This document shows, one piece after another, positions 35,958-49,842 of a stretch of DNA of 64,000 bases. Source of the DNA: Octopus bimaculoides (Eukaryota); NCBI RefSeq assembly GCF_001194135.2, contig NC_068982.1, positions 150,715,854-150,779,853 of the forward strand, in the 5' to 3' direction. Each line of letters starts with the position of its first letter. Within the stretch, counting starts at the first letter, position 1. The position numbers and the translations under genes were made by a program. The notes below the pieces were generated by a model, which worked only from the letters and a program-made list of their open reading frames with translations, did no database searches and was not told where the DNA came from.

Positions 35958-36059
35958 GTAATATTCAATGACAACAAACATACAAAACAAGTACAAGTTT
36001 TTGACTGGTCAGCTGAAAGTTTTCTTTGGATATGTCAGACAACCCCACCTTCCTACCCC

Positions 36060-36089
36060 ATGCAAAAAAAAAAAAACCCAAACTTTATT
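36060..36089 (-). terminator. Candidate polyadenylation signal of MFSD12-like gene
   Basis: Minus-strand AATAAA (36084-36089) followed by GT/T-rich gtttgggtttttt, about 1 kb past the putative stop. Confidence 0.35.
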
Positions 36090-37063
36090 ATAAAAGTACA
36101 GTGTCTTACTCACTATATACAGAAATATTGGAATGATATATATCAAAAGAAAACACAATAGAAATTAGTTGAGAACTTCACAAATAGTTTTGTAAACTGA
36201 TTCCAGTTGGTTTTCTCATAGCATCATTGAGTACCATAACTCAAATTTACAGCTAAAAAGAAATAGGCAATGTTTCTCCAAAGACCATACTTCAGTTAGC
36301 AATCCAGATTGCAAGTTTTTGGCTCAGTTTACCATCACTCTGGAGTAGTCATTAATAATCAGAAAATCATTACCAACATATTAAAATACAATGAAAGCCA
36401 ATCTTTTAAGAATTATCTTTTTATAGTATAAACAGGGATGATTTGAATTGCAGGGCAGCAGAATAAGGTCTTCATACAAATATATGATTGGTAAGTGGCT
36501 CGGAATTTGCTTTATATTTAGGTCCCACTCCAATATGAAAGGTTTAAATTATTAGAGTAAGTTTATCCTTCGCAGACATACTGAAAGGTGTAATACAAAT
36601 ATTATATACAATAAACACACAAATGCACATGCGTGCACATGCGTGCACACACACACACATACACATGAAGGATATAGCAGTCATAAAAAATGTAAATTCA
36701 CCAATAATTTAAAACCCTAGATAAAATAGAGCCCAACTGCCATTAAATACACACATACACACACTCACTCTCACACATACATATACACACACTCAATATC
36801 ACATGCATACACACAACCTATTTATATATATACACAAATAATTTTTGTCAAAGATAAATATAATTGGATTATAATATCAATGACTGAGTAATGTATAGAT
36901 TATTCCATTGTAAAACTTTAAAAATCAACTGAATCTGTTGCAATCTTGAATTATATACTTTCTTTTGTTGTTGTTGTTACATTCCCCGTACCTTTGCCAA
37001 TCCCTCCAAGTATTAAATATAAGTCTCATTCGTTTATATTTTCTTTAAACATTGTGTCTTCCT

Positions 37064-37140
37064 TCATACATCGACTTGCTGGTTATTGATTGGATTACTT
37101 GATTCAGTTGGTGTATTTTGTGTGTAAGGTACATAAAACT
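37064..37140 (-). CDS. MFSD12: Probable MFSD12-like terminal coding exon (KFYVPYTQNTPTESSNPINNQQVDV*)
   Basis: Long polypyrimidine tract plus gcag; phase 1 fits the 43812 donor; no homology support. Confidence 0.55.
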
Positions 37141-40100
37141 CTGCAAGAGAAAAAGAGAAAAACAATAAAAGGTCAGTAAATTGATAAAAACAGAAGACCA
37201 CTATTGCATGGAATGAAATTTTTGCTGACTTAATTGATCCTCGGAAAGTTCAAAGAAGAGTTTCATACGTTAAACAATTGTCATGGAAAATGAAAAGGAG
37301 AAACTGTTATTACTTGGGTAGTGCATAAGTATATAAAGTGATGGTGGCAGCATAATTGTAGTATGTTACTGGTACGAGGAAAATATGAAAGGCAGGTCAC
37401 TCCAAGAAAATGCAGTAAATCCACTTAGAAGACAATATATTTGATCAGATGGTGCTACATTATCTAAATACTAATGTATGTAAGAAATTATGATTCACAC
37501 TTATGCGCACTCCCACATACACTCAAATTGTCCACACAATTTTTACCTATCATGACTAGAAAACAACTTGCAACTCCAAATGCTTGAAGTTCATCAAAGG
37601 TGCTATAGATACACATTATAATGAATATAAAAACTGCAAGTATTAACCCTTTCGTTACCAACCTGGCTGAAACCGGCTCTGGTTCTGAGTACAAATGTCT
37701 TGTTTTCATAAGTTTTGAATTAAAATCTTCCACCAAACCTTATTCACAATTTACATTCCTAACACTAGATAAATGATAACTAAATTATTTTACCAAATTC
37801 TTTGTTGCATTTAAAGTAATTGAAAGAAAAACAGAGCATCTCAAAATAAATACAGTAATGAAACGGTTAAAGTAATTGGGAGTTGGCAAACATCGGGTGT
37901 ATGTAGGTAACTCTTTATGGCGATAGCAACAATTTCATCATGAAAAATGCAGATAAAGATGATTCATTCAAGAAAAAATTGTTTTGATGAAATGGAAGAT
38001 ACGTTTGCTAAATGGACAATGCAGCAAATGCAATAAGATCAAATTATAATAATGGAAAGAAGTTAAGAACATCTTTAGTCATCTGCATATATATGTATAG
38101 ACCTGGACAAATAAGATTTTCAAAGAAGACTGGCAGTTTCCTATGCATGTAAGCTCCCCCTCTCCATGCCGCAATGGGGAAAAGCTACCAACTTGGGCTG
38201 ACACAACCTGGCACCCATTTTGTCAGAGGTGTTGCTACCAAAACACAAAGGACTGGAACGGGCACAGCAAAATATTTTGTTGAACAGTTTTAGCCATTGG
38301 TATTTTTTCATTAATCCTCAAAGTGTCATGAAGAGTGAAAAATATGATGTTTGCTGATTCCCAATTGCCTCAACACATACAACTTTATATTCAGCATAAT
38401 GTGTTTCTGCGGTGTCTTAGATGAACTTTCAGCACTTGGAGATGCAAATTTTTTTTATCCATGATGGGTAAAAATTGTGTAAACAATTGAGAAGTATGTT
38501 CAAGTATACTTTGTTCATTCCATTTTTCAATGCTAGTATGGGTTAGATGAATGTATTATTGAGGCACTGTTTTACAGCCAAATGCCTTTTCTGTTTTTAC
38601 CTGTATTACAATTAATGAATTTTTAAGAGGTAAAGCAAACAGATGATTTGTTATCAGGAGAAACAACAGTAATGTAGCTCAGCAATTTTCAGAGAATCAC
38701 ACATGTAAACAAATACATGCGTGCACACACACACACACGATAGACTACTTTCAGTTTTGCCTACCAAATCTACTCACAAGGCTTTGATTAGCCCAAATTT
38801 ATTGAAAAAAAAAAAAAAAAAAAAGGCATTGCTCAAGATGCTGTGCAGTGGAGCTGAACCTGAAATTACATGGTTGTGAAGCAAACTTCTTAACCCCACA
38901 GCCATGCCTGCAATAAGTATGAATCAAGTGTCACATGTTATCATATGTTTATTATAATGATGTAGAGCCACTCCACTGGAAGTACTGCTACAAGAAAAAG
39001 ATTACAAGAATGAATCAATACTACTTAGGGCTGTTAGGTGAGGTGGGTTAATAGAATCTCATGGTAAAAGAAGACACTATGTTCTGAAGAAACTACATAT
39101 AATTGGGAAGAAAATAGCAGAAATATATGTTTATTAAGAAAATCAGATAAACACTATTAATAAATTTTTTTACAGAAATTTAAATTATTATGAAAGAAAT
39201 GATAATCAATAATAACTTTTCTGAATAATAAAAAATAGAAGTACAATTATATTCTTATACGAGAAAGTTCATACAGATATTTTAAAAATAGCATTCAAAT
39301 AAAATAACTGAAACTCATACAATTATAAAACCCTAGTTAATTAAACTGTTTTCATTGACAATGTACAATTTTTAATTTGTTTTTCATATTTAATAATAAC
39401 AATAATAAAAAGATATATATATACAATGTTAAATTGTTGAATTGTGAACTGGCAGAATTGGTAAAGCATCAGACAAAATACCTTGTTGTAAAAAGCACCC
39501 ACTACACTATGTAAAGTGGTTGGCATTAAGAAGGGTATCTTGCCATAGAAACTATGCCAAAACAGGCAATTGGAGCCTGGTGCAGCTCTCTGGTTTGTCA
39601 GCTCTTGTCAAACCTCTATTATCTTTCTACTCTTTCTCTTCCTTTCTCTCATTAATTTCTGACTCTAATCCCCTCTTTTTCCCTTATTCCTTACCATAAT
39701 CTGTGTAATGATACCTTTCTTAATGCTTTTGGAAGAATGTGAAAGCAGAATGAAAAGAAAACTAAATACTATAAAATATTTCAAATGGCATTTCAACATT
39801 TGCTTTACAGCTACTTTCTAGAATGATTTTTCCTTTAAAAAGGATCAGCTATTGTACATAGTAACAGATAGACTACACACCTTTGAATCATTTTTCATCT
39901 TCATTCTTAACACATAATGTATATTTATAAGAGATAAGAAACCAAATATTGAAATTTATAAAAGAAATTGCAATCAATACCAAATTAAAAGAGAAAAAAA
40001 AAAAAATCAAAATTGAAACCCAAGATATAAAATTCATGTAACTCTTTATTGCAAAAAAAAAAAAAAAGCCTGCCCATTGCAGTTTACTTACCAAATTTGA

Positions 40101-43100
40101 ATAAAAGAAAATAATTTAGATTAAATATATATCAGAAGACTTGAATTAAATGATAAAACAGTAAAAGAAATTTGCATTCTATTTTGGGAGGCTCATTATG
40201 CTAATAAGAAACACGTGCTGGTTCTGTTTGTGTGTGTGTGTGGGGGGGGGTGTATGTTGCTCTGGGGTAATAGCATCTGTGTAGGCCCTCTTGATTCTAT
40301 CCACAGTGACAGTGCCTCTAGAACCATTAAAGTCTATAGTAACATGTTTGTTGGAGTGTGCAAGCATGCAATAAGGTCCAGAGTAAGGTGGAATGAGAGG
40401 ATTTCTCACTGCATCATTTCTGATGAAAACATGGTTCCATGAGGCAATGTTTAACAGCTTGGTGACAAGTGTTCATGGGTGGCAGGACTTGAAAGTACGA
40501 ATGCAGGCAGTTCACACAGAGTGCAGGATCCTGAGTAGAAAGACTGACTGGGGAAAGCATCTGCCCCAGCAAAGACAAAGGAGCACTGTACAACAGCTCA
40601 GCTGGGAAGAATACAAGGTCCTCCTTAAATGAAGTTCGGATGCTGAGGAGAACTATGGGGAGGTACTCACTTCAGCATTGAGTACCAGGATAGGCATGAA
40701 ATGCAGCTTTCAACTGGCAATGGCTCCACTATTCCATTAGATGCAGGATGATAACTGGTAGTATGGATCTGTTGAGCACTGATGATTTTTGTGAGTTCCG
40801 AAAAAAGGTGAGATTCAAATTGTCTAGCATGGTCTTTAGTAATGGTGGCATGAACACCATAATGTGATATCCAACCTGATACCAGGGCTCACACTACCGA
40901 TTCAGCAGAAATATCACATAGCAGAATGTAATGAGGAGATTTTAGTCTTGTTAAAAACACTACAATCTTTAGTGTTGAGAATTTTGTGTCTTTATCTAGA
41001 ACAAAGCTCATCTGTTTTAGTTGTCAAAATGTCAACATCTCATTGCAGCTTCCTATATTACATTCAGCTTTGCCAAGTTTGTGGAATCAACAGAAAACAG
41101 TACAATATAATGCTGCTGACCATGAGAACCAAAAAATGAGGAAAAGAAGAAATAAGACCAATGACTCAGACAAAGTTTCAGCCCTGTGATCAGAAACCAT
41201 GTATGTGGTCTGATCAATAAGCACCTGAACTGTTGCCATAGTAACGAAACTAAAGCACACAGAGTGAAGCTGCTTGGCACAGATTAACCTTGAACTCTGC
41301 TGTGCATGCGCATTAAGTTTTAACATTCTAGCTCACTTTCACTGTTTACAGCAATGCTTGGAAGGAACGTGTGTAGTGTGTGATCGTCATATTAACCATA
41401 ACAGAAAAAGCTGAGCAGGGAATCTACATCAAATTTTGCCAAAAGCTTGGTGATACCTGCTCAGAGGCCTATGCAAAGTTTTCAAAAAGTTTTCACCATT
41501 CTTGACACAATCAAGATCTTGTGCAACTGAAACCTGAGTGTCTTTTTGGTCAGCTGAAATCAGTTTTGGCACAAACTTGGCAGACACACGTCTCATACCC
41601 AAATCTTCAGTTTTAATGGACTGAACTGAACTGTAATTAATCTGCATTTCCTCTGATAACTCATGGATGGTGGTTCAACGATTTCCCCTCAAAGTTGCAT
41701 GCACATCTATATTTTCTCAGTTCTGCTGCTTTCAGGTCTCCCAGAACGTTTGTCACTATCAACATTTTTCAACCATCTTGGAAATGTCTGAACCACTTGT
41801 ATGCTTGTGTGCAGCTCATACACTCTTCTCCATACACTTTCTGCAACTTTGCGTAGGCCTCTGAGCAGGTATCGCCATGACAACTTCCCTGTCATAGTCA
41901 ATGCAATGATCACATACTACACACCTTCCTTACAAGCACTACTGTGAAGAGGAAGTGAGCTAGAATGTTAAAACTTAGTGCACATACATAGCAGTATTCA
42001 AGGTCAATCTTTGCCGATCGACTTCACTCTGGGTGCTTTAGCTTTGTTATGGCAACAGTCTGGATACTTATTGATCAGACCTCATAAACTGATGGAGAGA
42101 ACAACTTACTTCATCTAAATAACTCCTGTTTTCATGCTAGTAATAATAGAAAATAAAATCATTTAACTTAAAATGTAACATGTTTAACTTCTATCAACTT
42201 GGAAATAAGAGCAACGTTTGAAGAGCCATTTCTGGTTTTTCCTTGTTGCTTTATAACCAATATCTGAATGTTAGAATTCTTAATAGTATGGTTTTAATTA
42301 GAACACTTACTTTCATAACTGAGTAGCTTTCTTACCGAAAATCACTTAACCATGAAACAAATAATAGACATGTTGACAGCTCATACAAACTGTTCCTACA
42401 ATTGCTCCCCCTTTATATTTTTTCCAGTGTACAGTTTATGGAATCAATTTTCCCACAATATCTGTGCCAGTGGCATGTAAAACTGTGCCGGTGGCATGTA
42501 AAAAGCACTCACTACACTCTTGGAGTGGTTGGTGTTAGGAAGGGCATCCAGCTGTAGAAACATTGCCAGATCAGATTGGAACCTGGTGCAGCTGCTGACT
42601 CTCCAGACCTCAGTCAAACCACCCAACCCATGCCAGCATGGAAAATGGACGTTAAACGAGGATGATAATGATTGCTGACACCTTATTGATCTCATAGGAT
42701 TTGAATTGAGTGGAACTAGACTGCATACTGTTTACTGATGGAAGAAGTGTGTGGACTGCAAGGGAGACTATGCTGAAAAATAAACCTCATTTGGTCACAT
42801 TCCATGAAGTCTTGGTCAGCCTTTGAACTTTTTAGCTGATCCTTATAAACCATGATACCCTCTGGAAAGTCCTGCACAAGTTTGGTTGCCAAACAGGATG
42901 GTCAGAATAATAAGATCATTCCATAATAGTATAATGGCCTTCATGATGGAAGGTGGTTCAGCTTTCCCTGCAAAGAATAGAACCAAGCAGGGCTGTGTAA
43001 TGGTCTCTGTCTTGTTTGCAATCTACTTCTCAGCTATGCTAAAAGATACATTTAGAAATGTTGTTGAAGGTGTGCATATCCAGTTTAGGACAGAAGGCAA

Positions 43101-46100
43101 TATTTTCAGAGCCAGAACCTAAGTCAAGGAACAACTTCTGAGAGAGTTTCTACTTGCAGATAACTACGTTTTGATAGCACTGTTTCTGCAGGACATCCAT
43201 GTATTGGTTGACTGTTTTGCTAATGCTGCCAAATCCTTTGACCTAAGAATTAGTTTGAGGAAGACTGTAGACTTCCACTAGCCCGCACCTGGCCACTCAA
43301 AACAGAATTTTATTGTCATGATAGATAATACCCCTCTAAATGGTGTGCCAAAATAGTGCTACCTGAGGAGCGTCCTATCAAAGAATATCCAACTGCACAG
43401 AGAGATCACCCAGCAATTGGCTAAGGCAAGTTCAGCTTTCACTAGACTCCAGCAGAGATTGTGAAGAGGTCATGGTATCTACCTAGCTATAAAGATCAAA
43501 GTCTATCAAGCAGTTGTACTTACCTCTCTTCTATATGGCTGTGAAACATAGACACTCTACAGGAATCATATTAAATGACGAGAATCATTACATCTCTACT
43601 GTCTTTGTTCAATTTCCAACATCAAATGGAAAGATAAAATCCTAAACATACATGCATACACACACACCAACTGTTGTGGAGCTATACTCCTTACCATCAA
43701 CTGTGGAACAAAGTGTTACTGGTTACAAAAATGAATACAACAAAGTTATAATAGACCCAGAGTGTTAGAAGAGGAGATCAAGTAGGAAAATAGCAAAATA
43801 AATTAACCTACTTGTGCGTTTCCGAACTCCAATCTTTTGTGGTCCAAGTAAACAGAGGAAAATGAAGGCAATTATTGCAGCTCCACCAGGAACAACAAAC
43901 AAGATCAGTCGATTATCACACAAACAATCTCCGCAACAATTTCCTGTACTGTGTAAAAAGATAAAAATAATATTAGTAGTTAAGAAACTGAATTTCATTA
44001 ACTATTATTAAATCATCATCATCATCATCACTATCATTTAATGTCCACTTTTCCACACTTGCATGATTGAATGGAGTTTATTTGAGGCAGATTTTCTATG
44101 GTTGAATGCCTTTCCAGTTGCCAATCCTCACCTGTTTTCAAGCAAGGTAATATTTTTCCATGGCCAGACATGTTCTCTTAGAGTACTGGAAGTGAACAAT
44201 ACTGCTTGTATGACAGCGACAAGCATTACAACTGTCACATGATGTCAAGTCAAGGAGGCACAAACACACACTCACATACATTATATATATATATATATAT
44301 ATATATATTTCTTTTTTTTTTTGCACGAAACACTTCTTTCTTTCTATCAAACCCACTCANNNNNNNNNNNNNNNNNNNNNNNNNNNNNNNNNNNNNNNNN
44401 NNNNNNNNNNNNNNNNNNNNNNNNNNNNNNNNNNNNNNNNNNNNNNNNNNNNNNNNNNNNNNNNNNNNNNNNNNNNNNNNNNNNNNNNNNNNNNNNNNNN
44501 NNNNNNNNNNNNNNNNNNNNNNNNNNNNNNNNNNNNNNNNNNNNNNNNNNNNNNNNNNNNNNNNNNNNNNNNNNNNNNNNNNNNNNNNNNNNNNNNNNNN
44601 NNNNNNNNNNNNNNNNNNNNNNNNNNNNNNNNNNNNNNNNNNNNNNNNNNNNNNNNNNNNNNNNNNNNNNNNNNNNNNNNNNNNNNNNNNNNNNNNNNNN
44701 NNNNNNNNNNNNNNNNNNNNNNNNNNNNNNNNNNNNNNNNNNNNNNNNNNNNNNNNNNNNNNNNNNNNNNNNNNNNNNNNNNNNNNNNNNNNNNNNNNNN
44801 NNNNNNNNNNNNNNNNNNNNNNNNNNNNNNNNNNNNNNNNNNNNNNNNNNNNNNNNNNNNNNNNNNNNNNNNNNNNNNNNNNNNNNNNNNNNNNNNNNNN
44901 NNNNNNNNNNNNNNNNNNNNNNNNNNNNNNNNNNNNNNNNNNNNNNNNNNNNNNNNNNNNNNNNNNNNNNNNNNNNNNNNNNNNNNNNNNNNNGGAAACT
45001 GAAAGAAGCCCGTCGTATATATGTATATATATATATGTATGTGTGTCTGCGTTTGTCCCCCCAACATCGCTTGACAACCGATGCTGGTGTGTTTACGTCC
45101 CCGTAGCTTAGCGGTTCGGCAAAAGAGACCGATAGAATAAGTACTAGGCTTCCAAAGAATATGTCCTGGGGTCGATTTGCTTGACTAAAGGCGGTGCTCC
45201 AGCATGGCTGCAGTCAAATGACTGAAACAAGTAAAAGAGTAAAGAGTGTGACACTGTGAGTAGGTGTTTTCTATTATAGATTCGAGCTGACCAACACCTT
45301 GTGAGTGGAGTTGGTTGAGAAAAACTGTAGGAGCTCATCAAATATATATTATATATCTATGTATGTATACATGCATATACTCAATTGTGTAGGTAGGTGG
45401 TGTCATTGTTGACATATGCCAATGAAAACATGTCTGGCTGTTTGTGCACAGTATAAATGGGTCGCTGTTTTTGTATGTAACTGCTGTAAAAACATATTCA
45501 TAACACCAAGGGAAATATTACCTTATTTAGAAACAAGTGAGGGTTGGCAACAAGAAGAGCATATGTAAAAAAAAATTACCTCAGTAACATTTATATGGCC
45601 TATGCAAGCATGGAAATGTGGATGGTAAAATGATGACAGGATATGATTTGAAGAAGATTTGGCTGCTATTTTTCGCAAGTAAAGCAACCATGTAGAGCAG
45701 TGTTACTCAACCTCTTCTAGTTCAGTATTTTCTTTCCCTCAAATAACATTTTATATCCTCTGCATATTTTGCATGTGTGCACACATGCACACAGAGAAAG
45801 CAGATTATTTTATTCAAGCAGAAACCAACTTTTCACAGAGCTTTATAATCTGTTTTCTCATGATATCCCATCCACCATGAGCCTCTGTTCTCAAGCTAAA
45901 TTTTTATGGAGATTACTAAAGAATCACTAAATTATTTTATATTATTAAAGTGCATAAAAAACTCTTAGAACACTTATATTATTAAAGGATATAAAAAACA
46001 CTTAGAACAAAGAAGTTTACAGCATGAGTTTTAAATTAATTAGCTTTATTAATGTATCATTATACTCCCAAATCAAAAGTTAATTATTGAACAATAATAA

Positions 46101-47217
46101 ATGGCTTCCTTATATTTGATGAGATTTTGCCAACTTAAAAATATAAAGTTAGATATTTGAGAAAGACAACCTTGTATCTCTGCTTTTACACGTTTCTAAT
46201 CTACATTTGTACTATTATATGGAACCTTACCATAACAAGCTATAAGGAAAGAAATGCTAACTAACTACTTTACTTCTTACAAAGGCATATCTATGTGATA
46301 TAAAAAACAAAACAATAATGACCTACTCACATTCTAATCCCAACAAAGATTTTATTTTGGAAAATGTATTTAAAATGCAAGTATTGTGTCTAATTTAAAT
46401 ATTTATGTAATAAAAAAAAAAACAACCCAAAACCAACAAAAGAGAGCAAGACTATATCTTCTAAAAGTTGTTCTAAGAACTGAGATGTACAAACTAGATA
46501 TTTCTTTGCTGAAGTGGTCTTATAAGAATGAAACATCTGGGGTTGTCACTCTACTTACTAACTCTGTACTTACACCTTAACTATTTACCTCAATTTAATT
46601 TTAAACACTTAGAACAAAAAACTTTACAATCAATTTAAATTTTAGGGTTTTGTTTCTTGCCTTTTCTGACAAGTGTCATCCACATTGTTTTATTCTGATT
46701 ATGAGTGTAATTTCAATTGATTAAAAATTCTTTGTGGTTTCTCCACACTTATGTTAGCCTGTACTAAACAATATGTATGCATGCAAGCATGCATAAATGA
46801 ATATATTTTTCTTCATTCGTTTTGTCATTTTTTTTTAAGCAAGAATGGATCAGACAAATATATATTATTGGAGCATTATTTTACAGTTGGATGCACTTTC
46901 TGTCCCTAGCCCTAACTAGTTTTTTTCAAATAAAGGATTGTTTTTTTTTTATATTCCACTAGTCTTTGAAAGAACAACACTAACAGACAATTTGTTGACA
47001 GGGAATTGTCAACAAAGTTCACCATAGACATGCACATGCACACACACACACACACACACACAATTTGTAGAGTTTCTGCCAACAAAATCACTTACAAGGC
47101 ATTGGTTAGCCTGTGACTTACAATAGAAGACACTTGCTTAAGGTGTCACAGTGGGACTGAACCTGAAATTAAGTGGTTAAGATGTGAGCTTCTTAATCAG
47201 TCATGTCTGTGCCTAAT

Positions 47218-47254
<37 letters not shown>

Positions 47255-49797
47255 AGCTTTTGTGTAATGTGGATATATATACATACATATATATATACAT
47301 ACATATATATATAAGAGGATTAAATATCAACTTAGATGTACTGCTAGCTATCTACTTTATGAAAGCATGACTAGACAAAGAGGTAAGGAGATATAAAACA
47401 TAGAAAGTTATGTATAGTTTCAGGGGTATAGATTTATAGAACAATGACTTAGGGAGGGCAGGAAGCATTTGAGATTATAGCTTTCTAAACCTAAACTAAT
47501 CTACTTAGATGGAAACTAGATTGTATTCCTATAATAAAAAGAGAGAGAGAGAGAGAGAGAGAGGGAGAAAGAGAGAGAGAGAGAGAGAGGGAGANNNNNN
47601 NNNNTCTAAACCTAAACTAATCTACTTAGATGGAAACTAGATTGTATTCCTATAATAAAAAGAGAGAGAGAGAGAGAGAGAGAGGGGGAGGGAGGGGGGT
47701 CTTAATTCTAAGAGCACTGTTAACTATGTGCATTTGTTGTTCAGGAGTAAATATTAAGAAAAATGGTTAAAATCCAGGAATATCAAGACTGAAGGTGACT
47801 TACTTCATAGCAAGTAAATGTTGGATAACAACCACTGCAATACCATTGGCACATTTATCTATTAGGCTTAAGGATCCATAAACAAAGGCAGCAGATTCCT
47901 GTAAAAAAATAACCCCAAACAATTAAAGAAACAAAGGAATTTTTTGGGTTGTTTTAAACTAACATCATCATCACTTAATGCCTGTTTTCCATGCTGGCAT
48001 GGGTTGGGCGATTTGACAGATGCTGACCCACTAAAAAGCTGTTCAGGCTCCATGTCTATCTTGGCATGGTTTCTATGGCTGGATGCCCTTCCTAACATCA
48101 ACCACTTTACAGAATGTACTAGGTGCTTTTATGCAGCATTGGTATGGATGCTTTCTACATGGCATCAGCACTTATGAGCCTACAAGATTAGGGATGCTCA
48201 GCTGGAGAGGGTTGTAAGGGATGAACCTGGACGCAAGGGCAACCACGCTTTACCTAGCTTGGCATGTCTTTTCAAGCATGGCAAATCGCCAGGAGTCTCG
48301 ATCCCCTGTCATCCCCCTTATGAGTCCCAACATTTATAGATTCTTTCTCACCACTTCGTCCGATGTCTTTCTGGGTCTATCCCTTCCACATGTTCCCGCT
48401 ACAATCTGACTTCAATTTTTTCCTGCCAAAACTAATTCCTCATGGGTAAAATCCTTTAGGTGGGCGGTAACACCACCCTTCCTGCACATGTGTGAAAATT
48501 TTCACACCAGTAGTCCACATCAGTTCCTGTCCACCTTAATGTCAGGATTGAACCAGACCCTGAACAGTTTAACTGGTCCCTCAGTCCAGCAACTAATGAT
48601 GCCATCTGATGGCATTGACCTACATCCCCAGGTGTCCAGCAGCAAGCCTACTGACTTCTCAACACTAATTTTGGCCCCTGCCAGTGACTCATATTACTTT
48701 AAAATGGAGCTGACCATCTCCACTTCAAAGGCAACTGATACCATGTTGATGATGTTGTTCATGTATACCGAGACTGCCTTCCTGTGTCTCAGTTTGAACA
48801 GGATGCTCCTCAACTGCTCAAATTCCACAGCAATGGCTCAAGGGCCAGCACATACAGAAGAGGTGGCAACAGGCTACCTTGGTGGACTGAGAGTGCAATG
48901 AGAAATGGTTCTGATCAGTGAACATTTACTTTGAACACTGGGCAGGCATCGCTGTGCATTGCAGCAATTCAACCTCTGAAAATGGGTCTGAACTTGGCCA
49001 ATTTCAGGACAGTTTCTAGATAATGATGGTCAACCCTAATGAATACTTTAGACAGGTCCAAATTGATCAGGGTCCCACCATAGTCAGCTTTCATCCCAGC
49101 ATTCTCTACAATGTATTGTATGAGGTGGAGGTTGTTGTGAATAGACCTACTCATGCACAATTCTGCCAGCTCACCTATAATAATGATGATGATGATGATG
49201 ATAATAATAATAATGCTGTTAATCTTGATATGATTTCACCATGTCGTGCGCATATGGTTATGATGCATGTGCCTGGTGTACGCTTTCATGGCTTCTCTTC
49301 TGACTGAATGGAAGTGTTATCATGTACATTGTTTTGTTTTGGTATAAAAGATGGGCTACACCAAATATTCTGCTCAATACCACAGATTTGCTTGTCAATT
49401 GTTTGACCTTAACCAGTTGAGTATGTTCATTAGTGACTGACGATATGTGCATCTCTGGTCACGAACGGAAGTGGTGGGGGAGCATCATAGCCATGCGTTG
49501 AGAGGAATTCTTTGGGGTTTGGCTAATTCACATTTGGAAACATGGGTGTTTTGTTCATCATCCTTAAAAAACCCTTATTCAGAGACCTTTTGAGCAGGAT
49601 GGGCTACTTGACCTGAAGAAAATTCTTACTGGGTCCCACCTGCAAGGTCATGCACTGTTAATCTTGATATAAGATCACCATGTCGCGTACATATGGTTGT
49701 GATGCATGTGCCTTATCAAACAGGTAGTCATGATGGGTATACTGGGCTTTGTATATTTTACTCGTGTCACTTAATGGCATGCACTGCTTTCTCACTC

Positions 49798-49842
<45 letters not shown>

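Noticed and set aside
37900-38050. Possible pogo/Tigger CENP-B-like relic (FDEMEDTFAKW)
   Set aside because: Single short motif, no TIRs found
44206-45111. Long ORFs of 236-301 aa (also 19992-20585, 23085-23447, 5095-5638)
   Set aside because: They are open mainly because they run through N gaps
47484-47700. ~60 bp direct repeat plus (GA)n twice
   Set aside because: Flanks a tiny gap and differs only in the microsatellite; likely two alleles or an overlap artefact
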